From the NCBI GenBank assembly GCA_046331705.1, contig JAXLQJ010000012.1:1-64000 (forward strand): a stretch of 64,000 nucleotides of DNA, in the 5' to 3' direction. This document shows positions 8,566-17,334 of this stretch, in pieces. Source of the stretch: a bacterium. Lineage in GTDB: Bacteria; JADJOY01. Within the stretch, counting starts at the first letter, position 1; each line of letters begins with the position of its first letter. The notes beneath the pieces were generated by a model, which had not been told where the DNA came from, ran no database searches, and saw only the letters and a program-made list of their open reading frames with translations. A program made the translations under genes and the position numbers.

Positions 8566-9750
8566 ATGGACGCCGCCGAGCTCCAACGCCTCATCCGAGA
8601 CACCGAGTCGGATCGGTGTGAGCGGACGCGGTCGCTCACCGACACCGACAAGTTCGCGGAAGCCATCTGTGCTTTCGCCAACGACAGGCCGCGGCACAAG
8701 CAGCCCGGCTACCTCTTCGTGGGCGCTCACCCGGACGGGACGGCCACGGGCGCCGAGATCACGGACCAGATCCTTCAGAACCTTGCGGCGATCCGGTCGG
8801 AGGGGCATATCCAGCCCCTTCCGGTCATGAACGTCGAGAAGTGGAACCTGGGCACGGGCGATCTCGCGGTCGTCGAGGTGTTTCCGTCCGACCTGCCGCC
8901 GGTTCGATACAAGGGGCGCATCTACCTGCGGGTGGGACCGCGTCGCGCGATCGCCAGCGAGGCCGATGAACGCGTGCTCAGCGAGCGCCGCGTGGCGCTG
9001 GCACGAACCTGGGACGCGCGACCTCATCCCCTGGCGTCGCTCGGAGATCTTGCGCTGGACATCTTCGCCCTGAGCTACCGGCCGATGGCGGTGGCGCGCG
9101 AGGTGATCGCGGAGAACGAGCGATCGATCGAGGAGCAGCTCGCCGCGCTGCGTTTGCTCGACCCCGCCACCAGCCGACCGACCAACGCAGCGGTCCTGCT
9201 CTTCGGCAAGGACCCCGTGGCGCTCGTGCCCGGCGCATACGTTCAATACGTCCGCTACCGGGGCCTCTCCGCTGCGGACGAACCGATTCGCGAGCGGCGA
9301 ATCTCGGGCGACCTGCTGACCGTGATGCGGGCGCTCGATCAACTCGCGCAGGAGCTCGCCGGGGAACGTCCGGAGCGGCTTGCCTCGCTCTCCGAAAGAA
9401 TCGTGGCTGCCTATCCCGCGGTTGCGCTCCACGAGCTCTTGATGAACGCCGTCATCCACCGCAACTACGATGGTTCGACGACACCGATCTTGCTGAGCGA
9501 GTTCGAGGATCGAATCGAGATTCAGAGCCCTGGCGGGCTTTTCGGTGATCTCACGCTCCGCGACTTTCCGATGCTCACGTCCTATCGCAACCCCATCCTC
9601 GCCGAGGCCGCGAAGGTGCTCGGGTTCGTGAACCGGTTTGGGCGAGGTATTGCGTTGGCGCAAGCGCAGCTCGCGCGGAACGGCTCGCCGCCCGCGCGCT
9701 TCGACGTCGAAGGGAACCACTTTCTCGCGGTGGTCCGGGCGCACGAATGA
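8566..9750 (+). CDS. AlbA_2 (Schlafen-like) domain fused to HATPase_c_4 (RecG C-terminal-like) domain
   Basis: ESDRCE...AICAFAND...GYLFVG at the N-terminus. Later ALHELLMNAVIHRNY, DRIEIQSPGG, YRNPILAE, FGRGI. GAGGA RBS. Confidence 0.85.
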   Translation: MDAAELQRLIRDTESDRCERTRSLTDTDKFAEAICAFANDRPRHKQPGYLFVGAHPDGTATGAEITDQILQNLAAIRSEGHIQPLPVMNVEKWNLGTGDLAVVEVFPSDLPPVRYKGRIYLRVGPRRAIASEADERVLSERRVALARTWDARPHPLASLGDLALDIFALSYRPMAVAREVIAENERSIEEQLAALRLLDPATSRPTNAAVLLFGKDPVALVPGAYVQYVRYRGLSAADEPIRERRISGDLLTVMRALDQLAQELAGERPERLASLSERIVAAYPAVALHELLMNAVIHRNYDGSTTPILLSEFEDRIEIQSPGGLFGDLTLRDFPMLTSYRNPILAEAAKVLGFVNRFGRGIALAQAQLARNGSPPARFDVEGNHFLAVVRAHE

Positions 9751-10757
9751 AGACCGTCGTCTTCTTCAACAACAAGGGTGGCGTGGGCAAGACGTCGCTC
9801 GCGTATCACCTGGCGTGGATGCTCAATCGCCTCGGTCGTCGCGTGCTCGCTCTCGATCTGGATCCGCAGGCGAATCTGTCGAGCGCGTTTCTCGACGAAG
9901 ACCGCCTGGAAGAGCTGTGGCCGGAGTCGGGCACTCGCCGCACGATTCTGGGCGCGCTCGAGCCGTTGCTCGAGCATCTTGGGGACATCGTCCCGCCGCA
10001 CGTCGAAGTGATCGCCGACGGGCTGGGTCTCGTTCCCGGCGACCTCGGTCTCAGCCTCTTCGAGGACCGGCTCGCGGAGGCGTGGCCGAAGTGCCTCACC
10101 GAGAAGGCCGCGGACGCGGCGGATGCATTCCGTGTAACCACGTCGTTCTACCGAATCGCGGCGGCTGCCGCGTTGGAGCTCGGCGCGGAGCTGGTCTTGA
10201 TCGACGTCGCACCGAGCCTCGGCGCCTTGAACCGCGCGGCGCTCGTCGCCGCGGATCACGTCGTCGTGCCGTTGGGGGTAGACCTCTTCTCCCTTCAGGG
10301 GCTGCGGAACCTCGGACCGACGCTGAAGACGTGGCGCGCGGGATGGGCGCGACGCGTGATTCACGCCCCGGCGACCTTGGGTGCGGTCCCCAGCGGCCGG
10401 ATGCACCCCATTGGTTATGTCGTGATGCAGCACGCGGTGCGCGGCGACCGCCCTGTGAAGGCGTACCAGCGCTGGGTAGAGCGGATCCCCGAGGCGTACG
10501 TCACGGAGCTCGGCGAAGACGAGCAGGTGGCTGTCGATCCCGATCCAAATCGCCTCGCGATGCTCAAGCACTATCGAAGCCTGATGCCGCTGGCGCAGGA
10601 CGCGCGGAAGCCGATGTTTGCTCTCACCCCCGCAGATGGGGCGCTGGGCGGTCACACCAAGGCCGTTCAGGACTGCTACGCGGACTTCGAGCGATTGGCG
10701 CGGGAAATCGTCCGCCGCGTGGAGACGGACGCAGCCCGGCACCTGGCGCGACCGTAG
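9747..10757 (+). CDS. ParA/Soj-family ATPase
   Basis: FFNNKGGVGKT deviant Walker A, DLDPQANLS, LIDVAPSLG. ATGA overlap with the upstream gene. Confidence 0.9.
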   Translation: MKTVVFFNNKGGVGKTSLAYHLAWMLNRLGRRVLALDLDPQANLSSAFLDEDRLEELWPESGTRRTILGALEPLLEHLGDIVPPHVEVIADGLGLVPGDLGLSLFEDRLAEAWPKCLTEKAADAADAFRVTTSFYRIAAAAALELGAELVLIDVAPSLGALNRAALVAADHVVVPLGVDLFSLQGLRNLGPTLKTWRAGWARRVIHAPATLGAVPSGRMHPIGYVVMQHAVRGDRPVKAYQRWVERIPEAYVTELGEDEQVAVDPDPNRLAMLKHYRSLMPLAQDARKPMFALTPADGALGGHTKAVQDCYADFERLAREIVRRVETDAARHLARP

Positions 10758-11251
10758 CCGGATGGGATCGCACATCCGCCGAAGTCGAGGCGGATGCCGG
10801 TGCGGCCGGTGAGGGACGGGGTGCCGCTGTTGTCGCCGCAGTCGCCGTGATCGGTGTAGCGCACCTCGACCACCAGGAAGATGTCGCCGATACCCAGATC
10901 GTGGTCGCTCGGCGAGACGACGATGAGCGCGGCCTTGCACCCGTGGAGGGGCTCTTCGGGACGCGAGTGCGTGTTGTGGCAGAGGCGGATGTCCCACACG
11001 ACCTCCGCGCAGTCGACGGTGCCGGTGGTGTGGCACGAACCGCCGCCACCGGCGGCGAGGAGCGCGAGCACTTGCAGCGCCGCAACGTTGCATCGCGTGC
11101 GGGTCGCACGATGTGCGAGGTTGGTACGCAAGGATCGCGCGAAAGCTCGCGGATCGTGAGGTTTCTCGCGGGCGTGATCCAGGTGCCTGTGGTAAGGAAA
11201 CCGAGCGAGCATCCGCGCCCGACGCGCGGAGCCGCGACGCACGAGGACGAG

Positions 11252-11947
11252 TTGAGCAAGCCGCAGGTTCTGCTGGTCGACGACGATCCGAGCCTGCTCG
11301 ACGTGCTGTCGATGGCGTTCGGCGATGCGGGCTACGACGTGGCGACGGCCGAGGACGGCTCCGAGGCGCTCGAGAAGCTCGCCGTCCGCAAGCCGGACTT
11401 GCTCGTCACCGACATCAACATGCCGGTGCTCGATGGTTTCACGCTGCTCAAGCGGCTGCGCGACAAGCGGCTCGAGCTGCCGGTGATCCTGCTCACCTCG
11501 CGCGACAACGAGATCGACGAGAGTCTGGGTCTCGAGCTGGGGGCCGACGATTACGTGGCCAAGCCGTTCAGCACGCGGGTGCTCTTGGCGCGGATGGCGG
11601 CGTTGCTTCGGCGCGAGCGGTTGCGGGCGAGCGGCGAGGAGCCGAGCCCGATGATCGCGTGCGGGGCGCTCGAGCTGCGCGTGGACCACATGCTCGCCCG
11701 CTACGCCGGCCACGCGATCGAGACCACGGTGACCGAGTTCCGGCTGCTGGAGGCGTTCGCGCGGCGTCCCGGCGTGGTGCTCTCGCGCGAGCGGCTCATG
11801 GAGCTGGGGCGCGGCGACGACTCGATCGTGGGCGATCGGATCATCGACACCTACGTGCGCCGCTTGCGCCGCAAGCTCGAGGCGGTGGAGGCCGGCTTCG
11901 ACCGGATCGAGACGGTGATCGGCGCCGGCTATCGCTGGAAGGCGTGA
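11252..11947 (+). CDS. OmpR/PhoB-family response regulator (CreB/ChvI-like)
   Basis: C-terminal part of ORF 9638..11947. TTG start after GAGGA. VLLVDDD, DINMP, GADDYVAKPF, winged-helix end IETVIGAGY. Confidence 0.9.
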   Translation: MSKPQVLLVDDDPSLLDVLSMAFGDAGYDVATAEDGSEALEKLAVRKPDLLVTDINMPVLDGFTLLKRLRDKRLELPVILLTSRDNEIDESLGLELGADDYVAKPFSTRVLLARMAALLRRERLRASGEEPSPMIACGALELRVDHMLARYAGHAIETTVTEFRLLEAFARRPGVVLSRERLMELGRGDDSIVGDRIIDTYVRRLRRKLEAVEAGFDRIETVIGAGYRWKA

Positions 11948-11960
11948 GCGTGCCTCGCTC

Positions 11961-13514
11961 ATGAGCGCCGCTGGCGAGCAGCAGCGATTCGGCGCGCGTA
12001 CGCAGGGTTCCGCGCCGGCCGTCCGTCGCATCCCCCGGGTCCGCTCGCTCCGCACCCGCGCGGTGCTGGTGGTGGTGCTGGTGCTGCTCTGCCCGCCGCT
12101 CTTCGTGACGGTCTCGGCGATCTTCGAGGAGAGCGTCGAGCGGCGGCTCGGCACGCGGGTCGAGGTCGCGGCGCACGAGGCGCTCGCCGAGCTGGGCCCG
12201 TTCGCGAGTGCCGCGCCGCCGGGCGCCGAGGTGCTCGCGCGGCTGGCGCGGAGCCTCGACGCCATCGCCGCGCGTCACGAGGTGTGGCTGCGTGTCGTCG
12301 ACGGCGACGACCGCGTGATCGTCGATGCACGCCACGACCGCGCGTCGAACGCCATCCAGCGCCTCGGCCGCCTCGTCTTCGGCGAGGACGGTGCGCCGAC
12401 GCTCGCGGACTTCGACGCCGCGCAGGGCGCCCTCGCCGCGCGCCCGGAGATCGCGTCGGCCCGCGCCCGCGGGCGCGACGCGGGTTGCCGCACCTCGCCC
12501 GAGGGAAAGCTCCTGGTCTGTCACGCGGCGCTGGTGCCGGCGACGAGCGGGCGGGACGCGTCCGCGGCGCTCGCCATCCACGCGGCCAAGAGCGCGCGCC
12601 GCAGCGTGCGGGCGCTCTACGACCTCGAATACCAGCTCAAGAAGCTCATGCTGCTCGTGCTCCCCGTGGCGCTGGCGCTCGCGTGGTGGCTGGGCCGGCG
12701 CATGGTGCGGCCGATCGAGGAGCTGCGCGAGCAGGTGCTCGCGCAGGCGAGCGCCGCGAGCCCGCGCGCGGAGCTGCACGTGGCTCGCCGCGACGAGCTC
12801 CAGGATCTCGCCGCCGCGTTCAACGCGCTTCTCGCCACGCTCGAGAGCCGCAACCGCGCCAACGAAGCGTTCAGCGCGGACCTCGTCCACGAGCTCAAGA
12901 ACCCCGTGGCGGCGATTCGCACCGCCGCCGAGTCGCTGGCGGCGGGGCCGGTCGACGCCGAGCGCGCGGGACGCCTCGCACGGGTGCTGAGCGACAGCAG
13001 CGCTCGCCTCGATCGGGTGGTGACGCAGTTCCTGGAGCTGGCGCGCGCCGAGGGCGGCATGCGCGACGAGCCTCGCGAGCCCATCGATCTCGCGGCGCTC
13101 GTTGGCGCGCTCGTCGAGCGCGCGCGCGGCGACGAACGCTACGCCGACCGGCGGCTCACGTGCTCGGCGCCCGACCCCGCGCGGGTGATGGGTGTTGCGG
13201 AGCGACTCGAAACCGCGCTACGGAATCTGCTCGACAACGCGCTCGATTTCGCCGGCCCCGGCGGTGAGGTGGACGTGACCATCGAGATGGATGCGAGCGC
13301 GGTGCGGGTGCGCGTCTCGGACGACGGGCCGGGGATCCCGGCGGAGGCGCTGCCACGCGTCTTCGAGCGCTTCTTCACCACCCGTGGCGCCAAGCGCGGC
13401 ACCGGCCTCGGCCTGGCGATGGTGCGCGCCATCGCGGAGGCGCACGGCGGCGGCGTGCGCGTGGATTCCTCGCCGGAGCGCGGCACCACCTTCGAGCTCA
13501 CGGTGCCGCGATGA
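11961..13514 (+). CDS. Sensor histidine kinase with HAMP domain (CreC/ChvG-like)
   Basis: Two TM segments, H-box DLVHELKNP, N-box NLLDNA, DDGPGI, GTGLGL. Confidence 0.92.
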   Translation: MSAAGEQQRFGARTQGSAPAVRRIPRVRSLRTRAVLVVVLVLLCPPLFVTVSAIFEESVERRLGTRVEVAAHEALAELGPFASAAPPGAEVLARLARSLDAIAARHEVWLRVVDGDDRVIVDARHDRASNAIQRLGRLVFGEDGAPTLADFDAAQGALAARPEIASARARGRDAGCRTSPEGKLLVCHAALVPATSGRDASAALAIHAAKSARRSVRALYDLEYQLKKLMLLVLPVALALAWWLGRRMVRPIEELREQVLAQASAASPRAELHVARRDELQDLAAAFNALLATLESRNRANEAFSADLVHELKNPVAAIRTAAESLAAGPVDAERAGRLARVLSDSSARLDRVVTQFLELARAEGGMRDEPREPIDLAALVGALVERARGDERYADRRLTCSAPDPARVMGVAERLETALRNLLDNALDFAGPGGEVDVTIEMDASAVRVRVSDDGPGIPAEALPRVFERFFTTRGAKRGTGLGLAMVRAIAEAHGGGVRVDSSPERGTTFELTVPR

Positions 13515-14749
13515 CGATCGAGGACGCCGACACCGCGCCCAGCCGCTGGCGCGCCGAAGCCGCCGAGCTGCGCGCGGCGTCGTGGCGCGGCTGGCCGCGA
13601 CGTTTCGTGGGCTGGGCGTTTCGCCGTCCGCTGCTCGCCAGCGACGAGGTCACGGACTTCCAGGAATACGCGCAAGGCATGAGCAGCGGGTTCGGGCGGC
13701 TCACGGCGGCGGTGGCGAGCATCCTCTTGATCGGTCTGTGGCCGCTCGATTGGTGGATCTATCCGATGGGCGATCGCCGCGCGTGGCTCTCGGCGGCTTG
13801 GCGGGTGGCGGCCGCGGGCGTGCTGCTCGGCGCGTTGCGCGTCGCCGAGAGTCGCGAGCGCAACCGCAAGAATCCGGTGCCGGCGTGGATCACGGCGTCG
13901 GTGCTCGCGGTGGGGCTCTCGTACCTGGTGGCGGGCGAGCTGGGCGATCCCACCACGCCGTGGATCCACACCTCGCTCCTGGTGCCGCTGCTGAGCGTGC
14001 CGATGCTGCTCGGGCTGGTGGCGCGCGCGGGGCTCACGCTGGCGCTCGCGGGAGCGGCGCAGCTCGCGTACTACGCGCCGCACCCCGCGTATCTCGCGTC
14101 GCCCTACGTGGCGGCGATCTTCGGCTCGCTCACCGCCTCGTGCGTGACCAGCGTGGTCCTCGGGCACGCGCTCTTCGTGATCATCCGGCGCGATTTCCGG
14201 TCGCGCGTGGACCTGCGGCGCTTGAGCCGCACCGACGCGCTCACCGGCGTGTGGAACCGCAGCTATTTCCTGGAACGTGCGGACGTCGAGGTCTTGCGCG
14301 CTCGGCGTAGCGAGACGCCGCTCGCGGTGCTGCTCGTCGACCTCGACCGGTTCAAGTCCGTCAACGACCGTTTCGGCCACGCCACCGGCGACGCCGTGCT
14401 CGCGGACTTCGTCGCCCGCGCGCAGCAGGTCTTGCGTCGCACCGACGTGATGGGACGGCTGGGCGGCGAGGAGTTCGCGGTGCTCCTCACCGACACGCCG
14501 CTCGTCACCGCGGTGGAGGCGGCCGAGCGCTTGCGACGCGAGGTGGAGGAGGAACGCCCGGCGCGCGCGCTGGCTGGCCAGGCGTTGCCCGCCTACACGG
14601 TCAGCATCGGTTGCGCCGCGTTTCACCACGACGATCCCAACGTCGACGCCATCCTGCGGCGCGCGGATCTGGCGCTCTACCAGGCCAAGGGATTCGGCAG
14701 GAACCGCGTCGTGAGCGAGCCCAGCGGCGCGACCTCCGTGCCCGGCTGA
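13511..14749 (+). CDS. Membrane-bound diguanylate cyclase
   Basis: Multiple TM helices, TDALTGVWNR, DLDRFKSVND, RLGGEEF. ATGA-coupled to the kinase gene. Confidence 0.92.
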   Translation: MTIEDADTAPSRWRAEAAELRAASWRGWPRRFVGWAFRRPLLASDEVTDFQEYAQGMSSGFGRLTAAVASILLIGLWPLDWWIYPMGDRRAWLSAAWRVAAAGVLLGALRVAESRERNRKNPVPAWITASVLAVGLSYLVAGELGDPTTPWIHTSLLVPLLSVPMLLGLVARAGLTLALAGAAQLAYYAPHPAYLASPYVAAIFGSLTASCVTSVVLGHALFVIIRRDFRSRVDLRRLSRTDALTGVWNRSYFLERADVEVLRARRSETPLAVLLVDLDRFKSVNDRFGHATGDAVLADFVARAQQVLRRTDVMGRLGGEEFAVLLTDTPLVTAVEAAERLRREVEEERPARALAGQALPAYTVSIGCAAFHHDDPNVDAILRRADLALYQAKGFGRNRVVSEPSGATSVPG

Positions 14750-14779
14750 GCATCGCGCTCGCGCCGTGAGGCGCGACGA

Positions 14780-14818
14780 TTCACCGACGTTTCACCTGGA
14801 GCCACGAACGGGTTTCAC
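14780..14818 (+). promoter_or_regulatory. cre-tag-like direct repeat TTCAC-N6-TTCAC plus a third TTCAC
   Basis: TTCAC at 14780, 14791 and 14814, in the intergenic region directly downstream of a CreBC-like operon. Confidence 0.6.
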
Positions 14819-15210
14819 CTCGCGGCGCGATCTTCCTCCGTGCGCATGACGCGCCACTCACGGAGGAAGCCATGTACGTCGCGATTCGATCGCTGGTTCA
14901 GGTGCTCGTCCTTGCCGGGCTGCTGACGGCCCATTCCTGTCCGGGCTGCTGCCTCGCCGCCGCCGGCTCGTCGCGTGCGATCGGCACGGCGCTGGATCGA
15001 GGCGTGCCGTGACCGCCACGGGCGTTCGAGCGCGCGGCGGCGTCGGCGGCCGCGAGCGCCCTCCGCTCGATTGGCCGCGCCTGCTCGGCAACCTGGCGTT
15101 GCTGCTGCTCTTCGCGGCCTACGTTCTGGCGGCTTGATGGCTGCCGCGCGTGCGGGTCTGCACGAGATCTGCGTGGCTGCTGCACGGGGGCGCCGCGTGT
15201 CGGGAGCTAC

Positions 15211-15942
15211 ATGTCGGCGCTTGCGGCGGAAGCCGCATCGAGCCGATCCCTCGTGTACGCCGACGACCCCCACGATCTCGAGGCGCGGCCTGCGTTGCGC
15301 GCGACCAGCCGCGCGCTGGGGCTCGGGTCGGCGTTTTGCGTCGCCTACGTCGTGGTCCGCGCCAGGGTCGAGGGCGATCTCGCCTTCGTGTTCCTGCTCT
15401 GGAACCTGCTGCTCGCGTGGGTGCCGTGGCGCTGCGCGCTCGCGGCGTCACGCAACTCGGGCTGGCGGCGCGGCGTCTGGCTCGCCGCTTGGCTCGCGTT
15501 CCTGCCGAACTCGTACTACGTCGTGACGGACCTGCGGCACGTCACGCACTCGCCGGAGGCGATCAACTGGGTGGACCTCATGGCGGTGGTGTCGTGCGCG
15601 TGGACCAGCGCGATGTTCGGGTTCGGTTCGGTGGTGGTGGTCCAAGATCGGATCGCTCGCGCCCGCGGCGCCGTGTGGGGTTGGCTGGCGGCGCTCAGCG
15701 CGCTGGCGCTCTCCGGGTTCGGCGTGTACCTGGGGCGCTTCCGGCGCTGGAATAGCTGGGACGCGCTGCTCGATCCGTTCGCGCTGTTCGCGGACGTGTG
15801 GGCCCAGCTGCGCCATCCATTCCGTCACGCCGTGGGCACCAGCTTCTCGATCACGTTCGCGGGCTTCGTGATCACGACGTACGTGGCGATCGTGGCGATC
15901 GCGCGGCTGCGCGCGGATCTCAGCGTGGAACGCGGCGGCTGA
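15211..15942 (+). CDS. DUF1361-family membrane protein
   Basis: FLLWNLLLAWVP, WLAFLPNSYYVVTDL, GVYLGRFRRWNSWD. Confidence 0.85.
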   Translation: MSALAAEAASSRSLVYADDPHDLEARPALRATSRALGLGSAFCVAYVVVRARVEGDLAFVFLLWNLLLAWVPWRCALAASRNSGWRRGVWLAAWLAFLPNSYYVVTDLRHVTHSPEAINWVDLMAVVSCAWTSAMFGFGSVVVVQDRIARARGAVWGWLAALSALALSGFGVYLGRFRRWNSWDALLDPFALFADVWAQLRHPFRHAVGTSFSITFAGFVITTYVAIVAIARLRADLSVERGG

Positions 15943-16106
15943 GTCGGCCGACCCGCGCGGCGCCGCAGGCCCCCCGGGCCGGCGCCGCCACCCGCACTGC
16001 GCTCGGCGCGCTCACCTACCGGCCGTCTGGTTGATTGGCGGAGGTAGCGCTTTCCATAATGGATTTCCGAGCATCGAACCCGCGAGGGAAGGGGAGACCG
16101 CGCCAC

Positions 16107-17258
16107 ATGACGCAGGCCAGCGCCGCAGCATCCAGAAGCTCCGTACCCGTGGTCGATCGCGCCGCTTATCTCGGACAGCAGCTGGCGCTGTGGGCGCAGA
16201 GCCTGGCGCTCACCGAGACCGCGCGGCGCGTGTCGCGTCAGCCTCCGCCGGACATCCCCAAGCACGCCTTTCGCCACGTCAATCGCCGCTTCCTCGGGTT
16301 GCTTCGCGAGGACCTGGAAAACGTCGCCGCCGGCCACTACCCGCGCGACCTGCTGTTCCAGATCCCCGTCCGCCAGTACGCGGCGCGCTTGCCGCTGATC
16401 CTCGCCGACGCCCCCAACATCCTGAAGCGCATCCGGCGCGAGAATTACCGAGATCTGCCGGACGACGTGGACCTGGATCGCTATCCGCCCTATTACCGCC
16501 GCACCTTCCACTGGCAGACCGACGGCTACTTCAGCCGGCGTTCGGCGGAGCTCTACGACGTGGGCGTCGAGATCCTGTTCCGCGGCACCGCCGACATCAT
16601 GCGCCGGCAGGTCATCCCGCCGGTCACGCGCTTCCTGCGCGAGCGCGGCCAGGCGGCTGGCGTCACGCGATTGCTGGATGTCGCGTGCGGCACGGGGCGA
16701 ACGCTGAGTCAGCTCGCGGCGAGTCATCCGGACCTGCGCTATTTCGGGGTCGACCTGAGCCCGTACTACGTGCAGGTCGCCCGCAAGAACCTGAGCGAGG
16801 TGGAGGACGTCTCGTTGCTCGCGGAGAACGCCGAGCACCTGCCGTTCGTGGACGGCTACTTCGACATCGTGACCAGCGTCTATCTCTTCCACGAGCTGCC
16901 GCGGAACGCACGCCGGAACGTGGTGCGCGAGATGCTGCGGGTGCTCGAGCCCGGTGGGCTGCTCGTGATCGAGGACTCGGCGCAGATCTCCGACAGCCCC
17001 GAGCTGGCGCCGGTGCTCGCGGGATTCGCGAAGGAGTTCCACGAGCCCTTCTATCGCGACTACACCGAGGACGACCTCGCGGCGTTGCTCGCGGCCGAGG
17101 GCTTCGAGGTCCTCTCGTCCGACCCGAAGCTGGTGGCGAAAGTGGTGGTGGCGCGGAAGCCCGCCGCGGCGCGCGCCCCGCATTCGTCGAAGGCTCGGCC
17201 GCGTCCCGATGCGAGTCGCAAGCGTCGCGCGCGTGCGCGGCCGGTCGATTCGGTATAG
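16107..17258 (+). CDS. Class I SAM-dependent methyltransferase
   Basis: YYRRTFHWQTDGY, LLDVACGTG, GVDLSPYY, SVYLFHELP. Likely start ATG 16107. Confidence 0.88.
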   Translation: MTQASAAASRSSVPVVDRAAYLGQQLALWAQSLALTETARRVSRQPPPDIPKHAFRHVNRRFLGLLREDLENVAAGHYPRDLLFQIPVRQYAARLPLILADAPNILKRIRRENYRDLPDDVDLDRYPPYYRRTFHWQTDGYFSRRSAELYDVGVEILFRGTADIMRRQVIPPVTRFLRERGQAAGVTRLLDVACGTGRTLSQLAASHPDLRYFGVDLSPYYVQVARKNLSEVEDVSLLAENAEHLPFVDGYFDIVTSVYLFHELPRNARRNVVREMLRVLEPGGLLVIEDSAQISDSPELAPVLAGFAKEFHEPFYRDYTEDDLAALLAAEGFEVLSSDPKLVAKVVVARKPAAARAPHSSKARPRPDASRKRRARARPVDSV

Positions 17259-17334
17259 TCGGTGCACATGTCCCGCCGATGCTCGTTCTCCCCGAGTCGG
17301 TCGACGGGAATTCGTCCATGAAACGGGGAGATCC

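Noticed and set aside
7936-8830. C-terminal ~300 aa of the 1200-aa ORF 5228..8830
   Set aside because: Out-of-frame read-through after the indels. The homologous FGE sequence is in ORF 7935..8381, and the tail overlaps the AlbA_2 gene.
9747-10757. parA as evidence of a plasmid or chromosome partition locus
   Set aside because: No parB, parS-like repeat or rep gene nearby.
9638-11251. N-terminal 538 aa of the 769-aa ORF 9638..11947
   Set aside because: Arg/Gly-rich shadow frame over parA. Only the part from 11252 is a response regulator.
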